This document shows, one piece after another, positions 30,272 to 39,756 of a stretch of DNA of 64,000 nucleotides. A program made the translations under genes and the position numbers. The DNA is from a virus. Taxonomy: Duplodnaviria; Caudoviricetes. Under the pieces are notes generated by a model, which saw nothing but the letters and a program-made list of their open reading frames with translations, made no database searches and had not been told where the DNA came from. Every line of letters starts with the position of its first letter. Within the stretch, counting starts at the first letter, position 1. The stretch is from IMG/VR virus record IMGVR_UViG_3300028048_000085, positions 54,851 through 118,850 of that record; one strand, written 5' to 3'.

Positions 30272-31429
30272 ATGAATAACGAAGGTTATCTAAAACAAAT
30301 TATAAAAGAAGCAGTAGTTGAAGCTTTGAACGAGTCTATTATTATAAACGAAAAAGACATATTATATCATAAGAAAGAGTTTGATTCTGGTGAAATAAAT
30401 TTATGCTTTGTGACAGGACATTCAGGTTCTGGAAAATCCACTTTGACATATAATGCAGCTATGAAAGATCAAGATAAAATTGATACATATTCATTGGATG
30501 ATTTGATGTGTGTTGCTGATTATTTTACAATGAAGCAGCTAAAAGAATATGGTGATCTTATCTACTCTTTCTTTAACGGTCCAGGAAAGAAATATTATGT
30601 GACTTATGATTATCTTAAAGATAATAATATACATGGCAGTGAATACGAAGATAAACTGTTCCCCGATTTTGTTCATTATTCTATGAAATATGCAGCTGCT
30701 CATAGGAATAAGAAATTTTATGTAGAAGGTGTGTGGTTATTTTGTGATGGCGATGGTGGCAAACCGTGGTTTAACCCAGAAGAATTTAAAGATTATGCTT
30801 TCTATATTAAAGGTACTTCTATGATTATATCACATATACGTGCAGCAAAACGTGATAGTAAAGATAGTAAGCATAGATTCAAATCTTTTATGAAGCAAAT
30901 TACTCAAAATTGGAAGTGGTATCATATAGATGAGAAGCGTATTAATAGATTTAGAGCTTACTTTAAAAAATTAATGTCTACAAATGTAGAGGAATCTGTT
31001 AACCAGTCATCTCTTGATAAGCAGTTTAAAAAGAAATCTGGTAAATCGTTTAATATAATTGATATTAGTAATACTACTGCTATCAAGTATATGAAACAAG
31101 ATGGTATATTATCTAAAAATTTAGATTATATAGGTAAACATCGTATTGGAGAAATTGCTGTATGTGATGGTAAACTAGCAGGATATATCTTTGTAACAAA
31201 ATCTGGAGAGATTCAACCAATTCATATCTTTGAGGAATATAGAGGATATGGATTATCTAATACTTTAATGAAAGATGGTATAGAAAAATATGGTGCTAGG
31301 AAATTAGGAGTATACTCTGATAATCTAGTAGCTATAAAATTATATAAAAAATTTGGATTTAAAGTAGTTGGTGATAAAGTTTACAAGGATGGATCCAAAA
31401 TATTATTTATGGAGCGAATAGATGAATAG
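30272..31429 (+). CDS. P-loop kinase-like domain fused to GNAT acetyltransferase
   Basis: GHSGSGKST; EEYRGYGLS...NLVAIKLYKKFGF. Confidence 0.8.
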   Translation: MNNEGYLKQIIKEAVVEALNESIIINEKDILYHKKEFDSGEINLCFVTGHSGSGKSTLTYNAAMKDQDKIDTYSLDDLMCVADYFTMKQLKEYGDLIYSFFNGPGKKYYVTYDYLKDNNIHGSEYEDKLFPDFVHYSMKYAAAHRNKKFYVEGVWLFCDGDGGKPWFNPEEFKDYAFYIKGTSMIISHIRAAKRDSKDSKHRFKSFMKQITQNWKWYHIDEKRINRFRAYFKKLMSTNVEESVNQSSLDKQFKKKSGKSFNIIDISNTTAIKYMKQDGILSKNLDYIGKHRIGEIAVCDGKLAGYIFVTKSGEIQPIHIFEEYRGYGLSNTLMKDGIEKYGARKLGVYSDNLVAIKLYKKFGFKVVGDKVYKDGSKILFMERIDE

Positions 31430-31922
31430 AATAGTATTGTTGGTAGAATACGTGGAATCTAAAGTTAAAGATAATCTTGATACTGAGCTTTTAAAGTGGA
31501 TGAAATCTCATATTAAGTATCATAATTACACAAAACTGATGTCACATGATGAAGTGAAAGAAAAAGGTTATGGATCTTGTCATGATCAGGTCATGTTTGA
31601 GCTGAAAGAGTTATCACCATATCATCCAAAAGCAATGTTTCTAATAGAATATAATCCTGCTACAAATCAGGGTGGAGAAACTCATAGTTTTGTATACTAT
31701 AAGAAAGGTGATAAATTCTATTGGTTTGAGAATGCTTGGGGATCATATGTAGGTATTCATCCATTTAATTCTGTATCAGATATAAAGAAATTTATTAGAG
31801 ATTCTCACAATAATGGTAAACTTGGTAATGTGAAGAAGTTTCCAAATATAGAGATTACTAGTTTCAAATCTCATAAACCTGGTGAAACATTAGCTGAATT
31901 TGTTGATAAATGTTTAGGTTAA
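31422..31922 (+). CDS. Transglutaminase/papain-like Cys enzyme
   Basis: GSCHDQ (Cys), ETHSFV (His), WFENAW (acid). Confidence 0.6.
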   Translation: MNRIVLLVEYVESKVKDNLDTELLKWMKSHIKYHNYTKLMSHDEVKEKGYGSCHDQVMFELKELSPYHPKAMFLIEYNPATNQGGETHSFVYYKKGDKFYWFENAWGSYVGIHPFNSVSDIKKFIRDSHNNGKLGNVKKFPNIEITSFKSHKPGETLAEFVDKCLG

Positions 31923-32137
31923 CTATATGCTCTATACCAGCAATGGTATAGAGCTTTTATTTTTTGTATAAGTCCAGTGTGTTATATATACTATCAGTTC
32001 TGATTTTCTAAGTTACGGCAAATATTGAGTATACCAATTTTTGTATAAGTGCATAAAAATAATTATATACTATATATTTGTAAGAGAAACAATATCATCA
32101 AATCCTATATCAAATATAGGTAGAAAGAGGAACTTTA

Positions 32138-32292
32138 TGATTAAGGAAACTATTAGTGGTTTTAAGACCATGTACGAAGATTCCAAGCGCGTAGGAAAGG
32201 AAAAAGAGTTTGTAGCTTCAATTGCAGTTCCAACAGTAATTGGTGTGGCTGGTATTATTGGCTGTGTCATTTTTGACAGAAAGTATCGCTAA
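32138..32292 (+). CDS. Small membrane protein
   Basis: MIKETISG... with C-terminal TM helix; GAAAGAGG RBS; start approximate. Confidence 0.6.
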
Positions 32293-32523
32293 TTATATTT
32301 ATAATTAGCCAAATAATCTTGCCCTATACTATTACTAGTATAGGGCTTTTTATTTTTTGTATAAATACAGTATTATATATTGCCAATTTCTCTAAGTTAC
32401 TGAATTACATAATGACTCGAATATATTATTATTTGTATAAGTCCAGAGTTATACTTATATACTATAATCATGTAAAGAACAACATTATCAAATCCTACAG
32501 AGGTAGGTAGAAAGAGGTATGTT

Positions 32524-32832
32524 ATGGCATACGATCCAAACACTTATAAGGCACCTAGAGTATCAAGAGTACAGAAGCTCCTGGATAATCACGGATACAC
32601 CTTTGGTCGCACGGTAGATGGTGTGCAGAGCTTGATCCCAACACGTGCACGTTGGATGTCTTTGATGGATTACATTAACCCTGAATGTACCCCTGGAGAA
32701 TTAACAACAATGTACGTCTACGGACGTTACGACTTTGCACTCTACAGTGAACCAAACGAAACTCTTCGTGATTGGTTCCTGCGTCTTGGTTGGTTAGTCA
32801 AGCGCGATGGTCACATTGTAGAAGCTGACTAA
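32524..32832 (+). CDS. Hypothetical early protein
   Basis: Own promoter cassette and downstream hairpin. Confidence 0.7.
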   Translation: MAYDPNTYKAPRVSRVQKLLDNHGYTFGRTVDGVQSLIPTRARWMSLMDYINPECTPGELTTMYVYGRYDFALYSEPNETLRDWFLRLGWLVKRDGHIVEAD

Positions 32833-32917
32833 TCTTCTAAGTTGCAACAATATGTTGGGTATATGAATATTCATATACCCAACATTATTTAAATTGGAAG
32901 GTAAAAGGAGATCTATT

Positions 32918-33058
32918 ATGGTATCAGTAAAAGTTAAAGTAAAGAGCACCGTCGAAGAAGCTAAGAAGGACTTTAAAGAACACCCAGTACACACAGTAGC
33001 AACTGGACTGTATGCAGCTGTGATAACTTACAAGTTAATTTCATTATTCAAAAATTAG
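32918..33058 (+). CDS. Small membrane protein (46 aa, not in ORF track)
   Basis: AAGGAG RBS; MVSVKVKVKS...VATGLYAAVITYKLISLF. Confidence 0.55.
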   Translation: MVSVKVKVKSTVEEAKKDFKEHPVHTVATGLYAAVITYKLISLFKN

Positions 33059-33070
33059 GAGGAAATCATT

Positions 33071-33295
33071 ATGTATGAAATTATAGTTAAAGAAACAACA
33101 TCTAGAGTCAAGAGATACTTCTCAATGCAGACACCAGAGATTTTACCTTTTTTTGGTATTTCGATACATAACTGTATCAATATTGATGACATTCCAGATT
33201 GTATGGATCTGGAAGAGGCAATGAAGAATATAAAATTGCAGGATGTTATTGTCAATGCAAGTTCTTTTGTAAGAGTAACAACAACAGAAGTGTGA
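33071..33295 (+). CDS. Hypothetical protein
   Basis: AGGAGG RBS. Confidence 0.65.
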   Translation: MYEIIVKETTSRVKRYFSMQTPEILPFFGISIHNCINIDDIPDCMDLEEAMKNIKLQDVIVNASSFVRVTTTEV

Positions 33296-33469
33296 CAAAC
33301 GAGTCTGCTTAGAAATGAGCAGACTCTCTAAGTTACGACAAATATTGATATACCTAATATTTGTACAAGTGTAGTATTATACTTATATACTATATACTTG
33401 ATAAGATAGAGTTGATAGCCTATTTATCAAAAAATGACAATTTAGATTTATTTAAAGGAGGAAACTAAA

Positions 33470-33925
33470 ATGGCAGTAAATTATTTCAAATCAAGCAACG
33501 AAAGATACGCAACACCGATCGTTGAGTTCACAGAGTACAAAAGTAAGGACACTCTCATTCGTAGTGAGAGCATCTTCTTAGCAGTCTTCAGACTGCGTAA
33601 GTTCCAGTTCTCAAAAACTGAGGACGGGGAATGGGATTTTGGAAGCGGAAGAGATCTTCCAATTGAGTGGGAGAATAATGTTCTCCACAATCCTGCTAAA
33701 GCTAGATCATTTTTGAGCGATCAGCTAGATGCAGCTGTTGAGGACCTGTGCAAACATGCATATGGTCCAACGGATGAGTACAAGGACAAGTTCCTGAATG
33801 AGATTGAATCTATAAGAGATGATTTCATTAATGATTCTCTTAGGTTCCTGGCAACATATTGGAATCGTCCAGACCTCTATACAGAGTGCGCTGGACACTA
33901 TGATAGTTTACCTGTTGGGAAGTAA
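33470..33925 (+). CDS. Hypothetical early protein
   Basis: AAGGAGG RBS after promoter and leader. Confidence 0.7.
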   Translation: MAVNYFKSSNERYATPIVEFTEYKSKDTLIRSESIFLAVFRLRKFQFSKTEDGEWDFGSGRDLPIEWENNVLHNPAKARSFLSDQLDAAVEDLCKHAYGPTDEYKDKFLNEIESIRDDFINDSLRFLATYWNRPDLYTECAGHYDSLPVGK

Positions 33926-33931
33926 TTAGAA

Positions 33932-34222
33932 ATGGAGGATAAAAAGATGTTTGATAACGGTTTTGACTTTGAAGCTTTGGACAATGATGATGGTGTAGTT
34001 ACCTCTTTTACAAAAGGGTATGGTAGACGTGCAAAGAAAATGCGCGAAGACGATATCAAAGAAAAAGAGAATAGTTTGGATTCATTCATTAACGGATACA
34101 AAGTTATGAATGAAGACTTTAAGAGAGCTGGCATGAGAAACGTGCTTACTGGAATAGTTGCAGCTTCAGCAACAATTGCAACTATTGCTGTTATTGGCGG
34201 AATCATTTTTGATGCTGAGTAA
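33932..34222 (+). CDS. Small C-terminally anchored membrane protein
   Basis: Acidic N-terminus, C-terminal TM helix. Confidence 0.65.
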   Translation: MEDKKMFDNGFDFEALDNDDGVVTSFTKGYGRRAKKMREDDIKEKENSLDSFINGYKVMNEDFKRAGMRNVLTGIVAASATIATIAVIGGIIFDAE

Positions 34223-34308
34223 ATGCAGGGTGGTCTAAGTACCACTGACAATTTAACTATGAAATCATAAAGCCCATACCTATTTCTAGGTATGGGCTCA
34301 ATTTAAAA

Positions 34309-34536
34309 ATGGAGGACGAAATTATGTTTGAAGAATATCCTGTATATGGCAGCAATGATAATATTTTTGGTGAGGATGTTAAATGTGAGCGAGTACAAGC
34401 TGACAAGAATAAGATGCGGAAATTCTTTGGCAAAGAATTCGCAAAGGATTGTGCTAAAGAGGCTGCTATTGGAGTAATTGAGGTAGCAGCAATTTCAGCA
34501 ATTTGTGCAATTGGTTGCGCTATTGTGCGCAGATAA
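34309..34536 (+). CDS. Small C-terminally anchored membrane protein
   Basis: C-terminal TM helix. Confidence 0.6.
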   Translation: MEDEIMFEEYPVYGSNDNIFGEDVKCERVQADKNKMRKFFGKEFAKDCAKEAAIGVIEVAAISAICAIGCAIVRR

Positions 34537-34552
34537 GAATGGGGGTAGAAAC

Positions 34553-34777
34553 ATGAAGAAGTTTGTATTTGATGATTACAGTGAGTTATTTGTTGGATCT
34601 GCAAGAGAGATCCGATCACTTTACAAGAATCTGGAAAGGAAGACAAGCGCGATTCCGGCATTCGTGGATGATCCTATATTGCGTGGAGATCGTATGTACG
34701 GTATTCATGTACAAGAAGATGGCTACTATACTGTTGTGAACGCTAGTACATGTTTAGCAATTATTCTGGACGACTAA
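34553..34777 (+). CDS. Hypothetical protein
   Basis: Likely start MKKFVF. Confidence 0.6.
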   Translation: MKKFVFDDYSELFVGSAREIRSLYKNLERKTSAIPAFVDDPILRGDRMYGIHVQEDGYYTVVNASTCLAIILDD

Positions 34778-34791
34778 AAGAAAGTGAGGTA

Positions 34792-35010
34792 ATGAATATG
34801 GGAATAGACACAAGTATTAGAAATGGTTTTGAGGAATTTGGAGTTCCTCAGGCAGCAGTTAAAGAAGAAAAAGTAAACAAAGAAAAAGAAGAAGGTGCAA
34901 CAAAACATTATCATTACGAAATTGATGTACCTGATCCAGAAATTGCAGGGATGATTGCATTGGGTGCAACACTGATTGCAATTTCCGTAATTAAGTTATT
35001 ATCTAAATAA
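34792..35010 (+). CDS. Small C-terminally anchored membrane protein
   Basis: MNMGIDT...IAGMIALGATLIAISVIKLLSK; last gene before mini-array 1. Confidence 0.6.
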   Translation: MNMGIDTSIRNGFEEFGVPQAAVKEEKVNKEKEEGATKHYHYEIDVPDPEIAGMIALGATLIAISVIKLLSK

Positions 35011-35015
35011 TAACT

Positions 35016-35165
35016 TGAATCGACGATAAGAATAATCTTATATGTTTGAATGAGTTACCGAATCGAAGCAAAATTAAAGCACGGATACGAATTAAAGGTA
35101 GTAACTAAATTATGAATAATTAATGAGTCATAATGACGGAGTAAATATTAATACTAATGAACGAA
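35016..35165 (+). ncRNA. TIGR-like dual-repeat mini-array 1 (~4 units)
   Basis: YGARTY at 35016, 35051, 35088, 35124 (period 35-37) alternating with AATCTTA/AAAATTA/TAAATTA/AATATTA. Confidence 0.55.
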
Positions 35166-35282
35166 AGCTTGTATGGTGATACTTAATACACAATTCAGTT
35201 TTGTGTATTTTAGTATCACCATATTAGGGCTTTATAATATATCAAAAATTAATTTTTATTTTTTATTTTAACAATATGATAA

Positions 35283-35901
35283 TGAAGAATATGTTATTAG
35301 ATCGAGTTCATAGTATATGTATATGATAAGTTGTGACAAAATAGGTCCTATATAAATGGACACCGCATAGTATATGCACTGACTCTTTATCATATCAGAT
35401 ATTATGTGAAGCATCATCATCGATCACTAAATATAATCGAGCAAATTATTTTTTTATAGTAACCTCATTATTTATCCCAGGTCAGGTTAAAACAGCATTT
35501 GTTTAGTTACATTTGTGTCTATATCTTGTGTCAAATTTTATAGACTTTGGTGATCGGCTTCCCGATTCTATAACATTCTTTCTTCACAGCAACATTTTAA
35601 CAGAATTTATACGCGTATATTTGATGAGGGGATTTGTATACATAAAGTTTAAGTTACGTTTGCTTTAAACGATATAATATGATTGAGACTATGATTATAC
35701 AAATCCCTTCTATCAAGAAATTTTAGAGACTTGAGTGTATATGATGATTTTTTAGAATTGCACATTTACCTTACCAATATTGCAATCATTTTTGAATATA
35801 CAGTCAGATCACTGGCTACTTCTTACTTTGCGTAATCTGTATGCTTGAGTCTCTTTAATATATAAAAATTCAACTTTCTTGCTTATCCTCCATAAGAAGA
35901 A
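35283..35901 (+). ncRNA. Large structured non-coding RNA (unassigned)
   Basis: No ORF; late-type promoter at 35270 and terminator at 35917-35968; many nested helices with + strand G-U pairs. Confidence 0.7.
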
Positions 35902-35916
35902 TATGTTTTTTAGTTT

Positions 35917-35968
35917 CAGTAGATGCGTATAGAGTTTGCCAGCTCTATACGTTATTTACTGTCTTTTT
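35917..35968 (+). terminator. Intrinsic terminator closing the ncRNA
   Basis: CAGTAGAT-GCGTATAGAG-loop-CTCTATACG-TT-ATTTACTG followed by TCTTTTT. Confidence 0.75.
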
Positions 35969-36015
35969 GAAACATCTATATAAATTGTACATTTGAGAAA
36001 GGAGCAAATATTCTT

Positions 36016-37380
36016 ATGGGAGTATATGATAATCATACTTCAGATTATTTGATCGATCTTGTATCATTAGATGAAGCTTATATTGGTAAGCTGCCTGGAT
36101 TAATTGAGATTGAAAAGCAGATTGGTGTTATTAGAGCTAGTGGATTATCGCCATTTAAAGATAATAGTACCAGTCCAGAAGTTCTGAAGTTGAACAGATT
36201 ATTTGAAAAGCAGTTCGGTATGGATGTGTATGCACTACATATCGATCCTAGTGAAACAGTTAATGCATACACTCAGGTTGTAGCAAATACATTTGACTTA
36301 GCAGAATTAGAAGATATGCCAAGGTGGGTAGAGGCATCTCAGGCAAATGGATTCCGCTTTAAAAAGGATAATCCATTCTGTATTTTGGTTACAATATACT
36401 TTGGTATTATCAATGATCCACAGTATACAGACGCAGAGATCTTAGCAATATTATTACATGAGCTTGGTCATAACTTTGCTGATTGCTTATATGATGTAAT
36501 CAATATTAGCAATAAGAGAATGATGAATAATTATCGTGCAGCATTATTGAAGTCGGCAGCTATAGCTGTATGGATTCCAATTCTTGGATGGATATATGCT
36601 GCTCAGGTAAAGAAGCTTATCAATAAGACTCTGAATAATGGTGCACGTAATGCTGCTGAGAAGAAGAGACAGTCTGGTAAACAGCATAATATTGCGGCAT
36701 TCTTTACAGGACTGAAAACCAAGTATGTAGATTTTAGTGCATATATAAGCGAGATCATAAACAGATTAGCAGGTGGCGGCTGGATTGAGAGTTACAAACG
36801 CTATCTTATACAGAATGGTTTAGGTGGTGAAGAAACCAAAAAGAAGGTCGGTCGTCAAAATGAAGTTTTTGCAGATAAGTTTGCTGGTGTATATGGCTAT
36901 GGTCCAGAGCAGGGATCTGCATTGATGAAGATGACCAATAATCAATCTAAAGCTTCAAAGAAAGTAGATTCTCTTGGAGAGGCAGCTCGTAGAGCTAATG
37001 ATTCTTATATAGAGGCTTTAAGAGATATCACAGACTTTGATGTGCATCCACATCTTATTCAGCGTATTAATAGTGAGATCCATCTATTAGAAGCTGAACT
37101 GAAGAAGAAAGATATTGATCCTAAGATGAAGGCTGTTATGCAGGCTCAGATTGATGAGATGAAGAGACAGTTAGCTAATTTGGTAAAGGCTCAGGCTACT
37201 GCCTCAGATCGTGAGAAAGCTCAGGCGGCTTATAATAAGAGCAAACTCAAAAATGATCCAAATGCTACAACAGAACAGCTGGAAAAAGATATTGAGGCTG
37301 CTTATGATCGCTTATTAGATGATCAGAAAAAGAGATCCAAGGCAATGAGGAATAAGACAAAGAAAGGAAGTTCAAAATGA
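36016..37380 (+). CDS. Zincin metallopeptidase (M48-like), probable virion protein
   Basis: LAILLHELGH, downstream NEVFADKFA...GYG, DVHP. Confidence 0.75.
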   Translation: MGVYDNHTSDYLIDLVSLDEAYIGKLPGLIEIEKQIGVIRASGLSPFKDNSTSPEVLKLNRLFEKQFGMDVYALHIDPSETVNAYTQVVANTFDLAELEDMPRWVEASQANGFRFKKDNPFCILVTIYFGIINDPQYTDAEILAILLHELGHNFADCLYDVINISNKRMMNNYRAALLKSAAIAVWIPILGWIYAAQVKKLINKTLNNGARNAAEKKRQSGKQHNIAAFFTGLKTKYVDFSAYISEIINRLAGGGWIESYKRYLIQNGLGGEETKKKVGRQNEVFADKFAGVYGYGPEQGSALMKMTNNQSKASKKVDSLGEAARRANDSYIEALRDITDFDVHPHLIQRINSEIHLLEAELKKKDIDPKMKAVMQAQIDEMKRQLANLVKAQATASDREKAQAAYNKSKLKNDPNATTEQLEKDIEAAYDRLLDDQKKRSKAMRNKTKKGSSK

Positions 37381-38270
37381 TATTAAATGAAAATGTGTTA
37401 TTAGAAGAGAATGCACATCTTGAAGAAAGAGACGTCGCTAATGGCGTTCTCTTTAGTATGATGGAGAATGGTATTACACTTGATGGTTTAAAGAATCTTG
37501 TGTATCAGTTAGAGGCAGCAAATTGTGATGAACTTGATCTCAACAATTTCATGTCCACACTTGGAACTATTGCTGAATGTAATTTATTAGATGATGCTGA
37601 AGAGGCTCGTGTAATGTATGAGCATTTACAGATGGATGCACTTCTTGAGTATGCTGGTAAGGATGAAAAGAATGAAGAGTATAAGAAGCTTTTATCTGAC
37701 ATGGAAGCTAACCTTAAGAAGTGTATTGATAATACAGCCTTGATTGGTAAGTGGCTCGATACAATCGTTCCTACATTAAAGAAGATTAAGAATGAGAGTT
37801 CCCCAATCATTAAGATTCTTGAGGAGTCTAAGAAGGCTTATAATAAGATGGTAACAGCTACATCTGCCGCTTTTGGAGAAAGAGAGTGGAACGAGATGGC
37901 TAAGCAGTATACGAAGTTTAAGAAGGCTTCTAAGACTTTCAATAATAAGTATTCTACAGTAGGCTTAGATAATAAGAAAGCTATGGAGCAGAAGCTTCGC
38001 CAGTATGATGTTCAGGTTGGAAAGTTTGTCAAGGAGTGGCTGCAAGAGAGTTCAGTTAAGATGCTTGATCTTATGAAGGAATATGATCGTGCTAAGTATA
38101 TTGACAAGAATAATGTTGGTGAATACTGCAGATACATTAATACTGGTTTACGTTACTATGTATTTGGAGTACGTGCTTGTATGTCCTGGTTGTACAGCAT
38201 CAGAAAATGTATGAATATTAAGTTTGAGGGTTCATTAAGATACAAGATTGTACAGAAGGTATTAAAATAA
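37377..38270 (+). CDS. Hypothetical protein, probable internal head protein
   Basis: Acidic N-terminus with several L-x-E sites, basic C-terminus; late operon. Confidence 0.55.
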   Translation: MILNENVLLEENAHLEERDVANGVLFSMMENGITLDGLKNLVYQLEAANCDELDLNNFMSTLGTIAECNLLDDAEEARVMYEHLQMDALLEYAGKDEKNEEYKKLLSDMEANLKKCIDNTALIGKWLDTIVPTLKKIKNESSPIIKILEESKKAYNKMVTATSAAFGEREWNEMAKQYTKFKKASKTFNNKYSTVGLDNKKAMEQKLRQYDVQVGKFVKEWLQESSVKMLDLMKEYDRAKYIDKNNVGEYCRYINTGLRYYVFGVRACMSWLYSIRKCMNIKFEGSLRYKIVQKVLK

Positions 38271-38373
38271 TTCAACTTAATAATAAATCATTGTAATGGT
38301 GTTCGATCTTGATACTTGGAGTGAGGTTGTCAAATCTCACTCCATCCTTTTTTAATAAGAAGGAGAAGAGATT

Positions 38374-38694
38374 ATGAGTCGATATAGAAATTTAAAATTA
38401 CAATGGGATCCTAAGAACTTTATCAAAAATATGCTGTTCTGTATTATCATCGTTTTAGCAGCAATCTCGGTAATATATACTATTGATGGTATTACAAGAT
38501 TGGTAAAACGAGGATTACAAATGAAGGACAAGAAATCAAATCCATTAGAATTTGTTGCTAATACTTCAGATATAAACTCAAAGCTAAATAGCTGTATCAT
38601 CAATGATAAAGAGAAGAATGAACAGTATATTGTTGTATATTCATATGACACAAATGGTAATGTTACAGGGATCTCCATGCAGTTGAGACATTAA
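38374..38694 (+). CDS. Membrane-anchored protein
   Basis: TM helix near the N-terminus. Confidence 0.65.
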   Translation: MSRYRNLKLQWDPKNFIKNMLFCIIIVLAAISVIYTIDGITRLVKRGLQMKDKKSNPLEFVANTSDINSKLNSCIINDKEKNEQYIVVYSYDTNGNVTGISMQLRH

Positions 38695-38919
38695 TCTTAG
38701 GATAGTCACTAGGTAGAAATACCTAGTGACATTCAAATTGAAAAAGTCAAATATATTAATTATATATTATATCTATGATATAATATATAATTCGTAATCA
38801 TTATAATGGTTACATCATTTGTTTTTTTATTTTTTACTACACTTTGTACTAGTAATAAAAAATGGTTATATACTATATCCTTGATACAAAGGTAATCTTA
38901 TATCTATGGAGGTAGAAAC

Positions 38920-39066
38920 ATGAAGAAAGTATTAAAAATTGTAGCAGCAGTCGCATTCGTAGCAGGAGTTTTATCAGCATTAAAGATCTGGGCTTATAAG
39001 AAGACAAATGAACCTGATATCTTTGATGAAGATGATGATGATGAAGAGTTGTGGGAAGAAGAGTAA
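38920..39066 (+). CDS. Small membrane protein with acidic tail (48 aa, not in ORF track)
   Basis: GGAGG RBS; MKKVLKIVAAVAFVAGVLSAL...DEDDDDEELWEEE. Confidence 0.65.
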   Translation: MKKVLKIVAAVAFVAGVLSALKIWAYKKTNEPDIFDEDDDDEELWEEE

Positions 39067-39069
39067 GTT

Positions 39070-39468
39070 ATGTGTGGATTGATGACAAGGGAAGATGATC
39101 AGCAGTTACAAAACATCATTGACTTTGTTGCTGATCAACCATTACCTAAAGAGGCAAGAGTTGCGAATATGATATCTGAGAATATGCATATTCGACCATC
39201 AATGGAAAACATCAAAGATTTATATTTCATCGATGTTTTCTATTTCTGTACAGCAATTGATGTACAGGAAGATGAAGATGGGTACGCTAGCACTATTCAG
39301 TTTATGCTTGTACCTAATTCATCTATTAAGGATACAGTCATCGCAGAGATCAATTTAGATTCTCGCGATGTTGTATATCGAGATATGACAATGGAACCAG
39401 TATATTGGGATGATGACCGATATACTGAATTCTTCAAAAATGTAGTTGGTAGATTATTAGCAGATTAA
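39070..39468 (+). CDS. Hypothetical protein
   Basis: 132-aa ORF in an early operon. Confidence 0.65.
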   Translation: MCGLMTREDDQQLQNIIDFVADQPLPKEARVANMISENMHIRPSMENIKDLYFIDVFYFCTAIDVQEDEDGYASTIQFMLVPNSSIKDTVIAEINLDSRDVVYRDMTMEPVYWDDDRYTEFFKNVVGRLLAD

Positions 39469-39483
39469 TTTGGAGGTATTACT

Positions 39484-39756
39484 ATGGATGAGTTAATTGA
39501 ATACTTAAACGCACAGGAGGAATATGAAGGTGCTATGCATGAATATGTAAAATGCATACACGAAGTTGTTAAATCTATTGATGATGCAATAGATTTTTGC
39601 AACAAGAATGGTATTAATTGTGAGAATTTGGTTCAGGCAAAGATCCATGCACTTGCTTTTGATCTTGATGGTGTTAGAAAGTATATGGAGAAGCAGAAGA
39701 AGTATAACGATGAGTATAAAGCATTCTTAAAATCAATACTCGATCGTTATCAATAA
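39484..39756 (+). CDS. Hypothetical protein
   Basis: GGAGG RBS; last gene before mini-array 2. Confidence 0.7.
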   Translation: MDELIEYLNAQEEYEGAMHEYVKCIHEVVKSIDDAIDFCNKNGINCENLVQAKIHALAFDLDGVRKYMEKQKKYNDEYKAFLKSILDRYQ

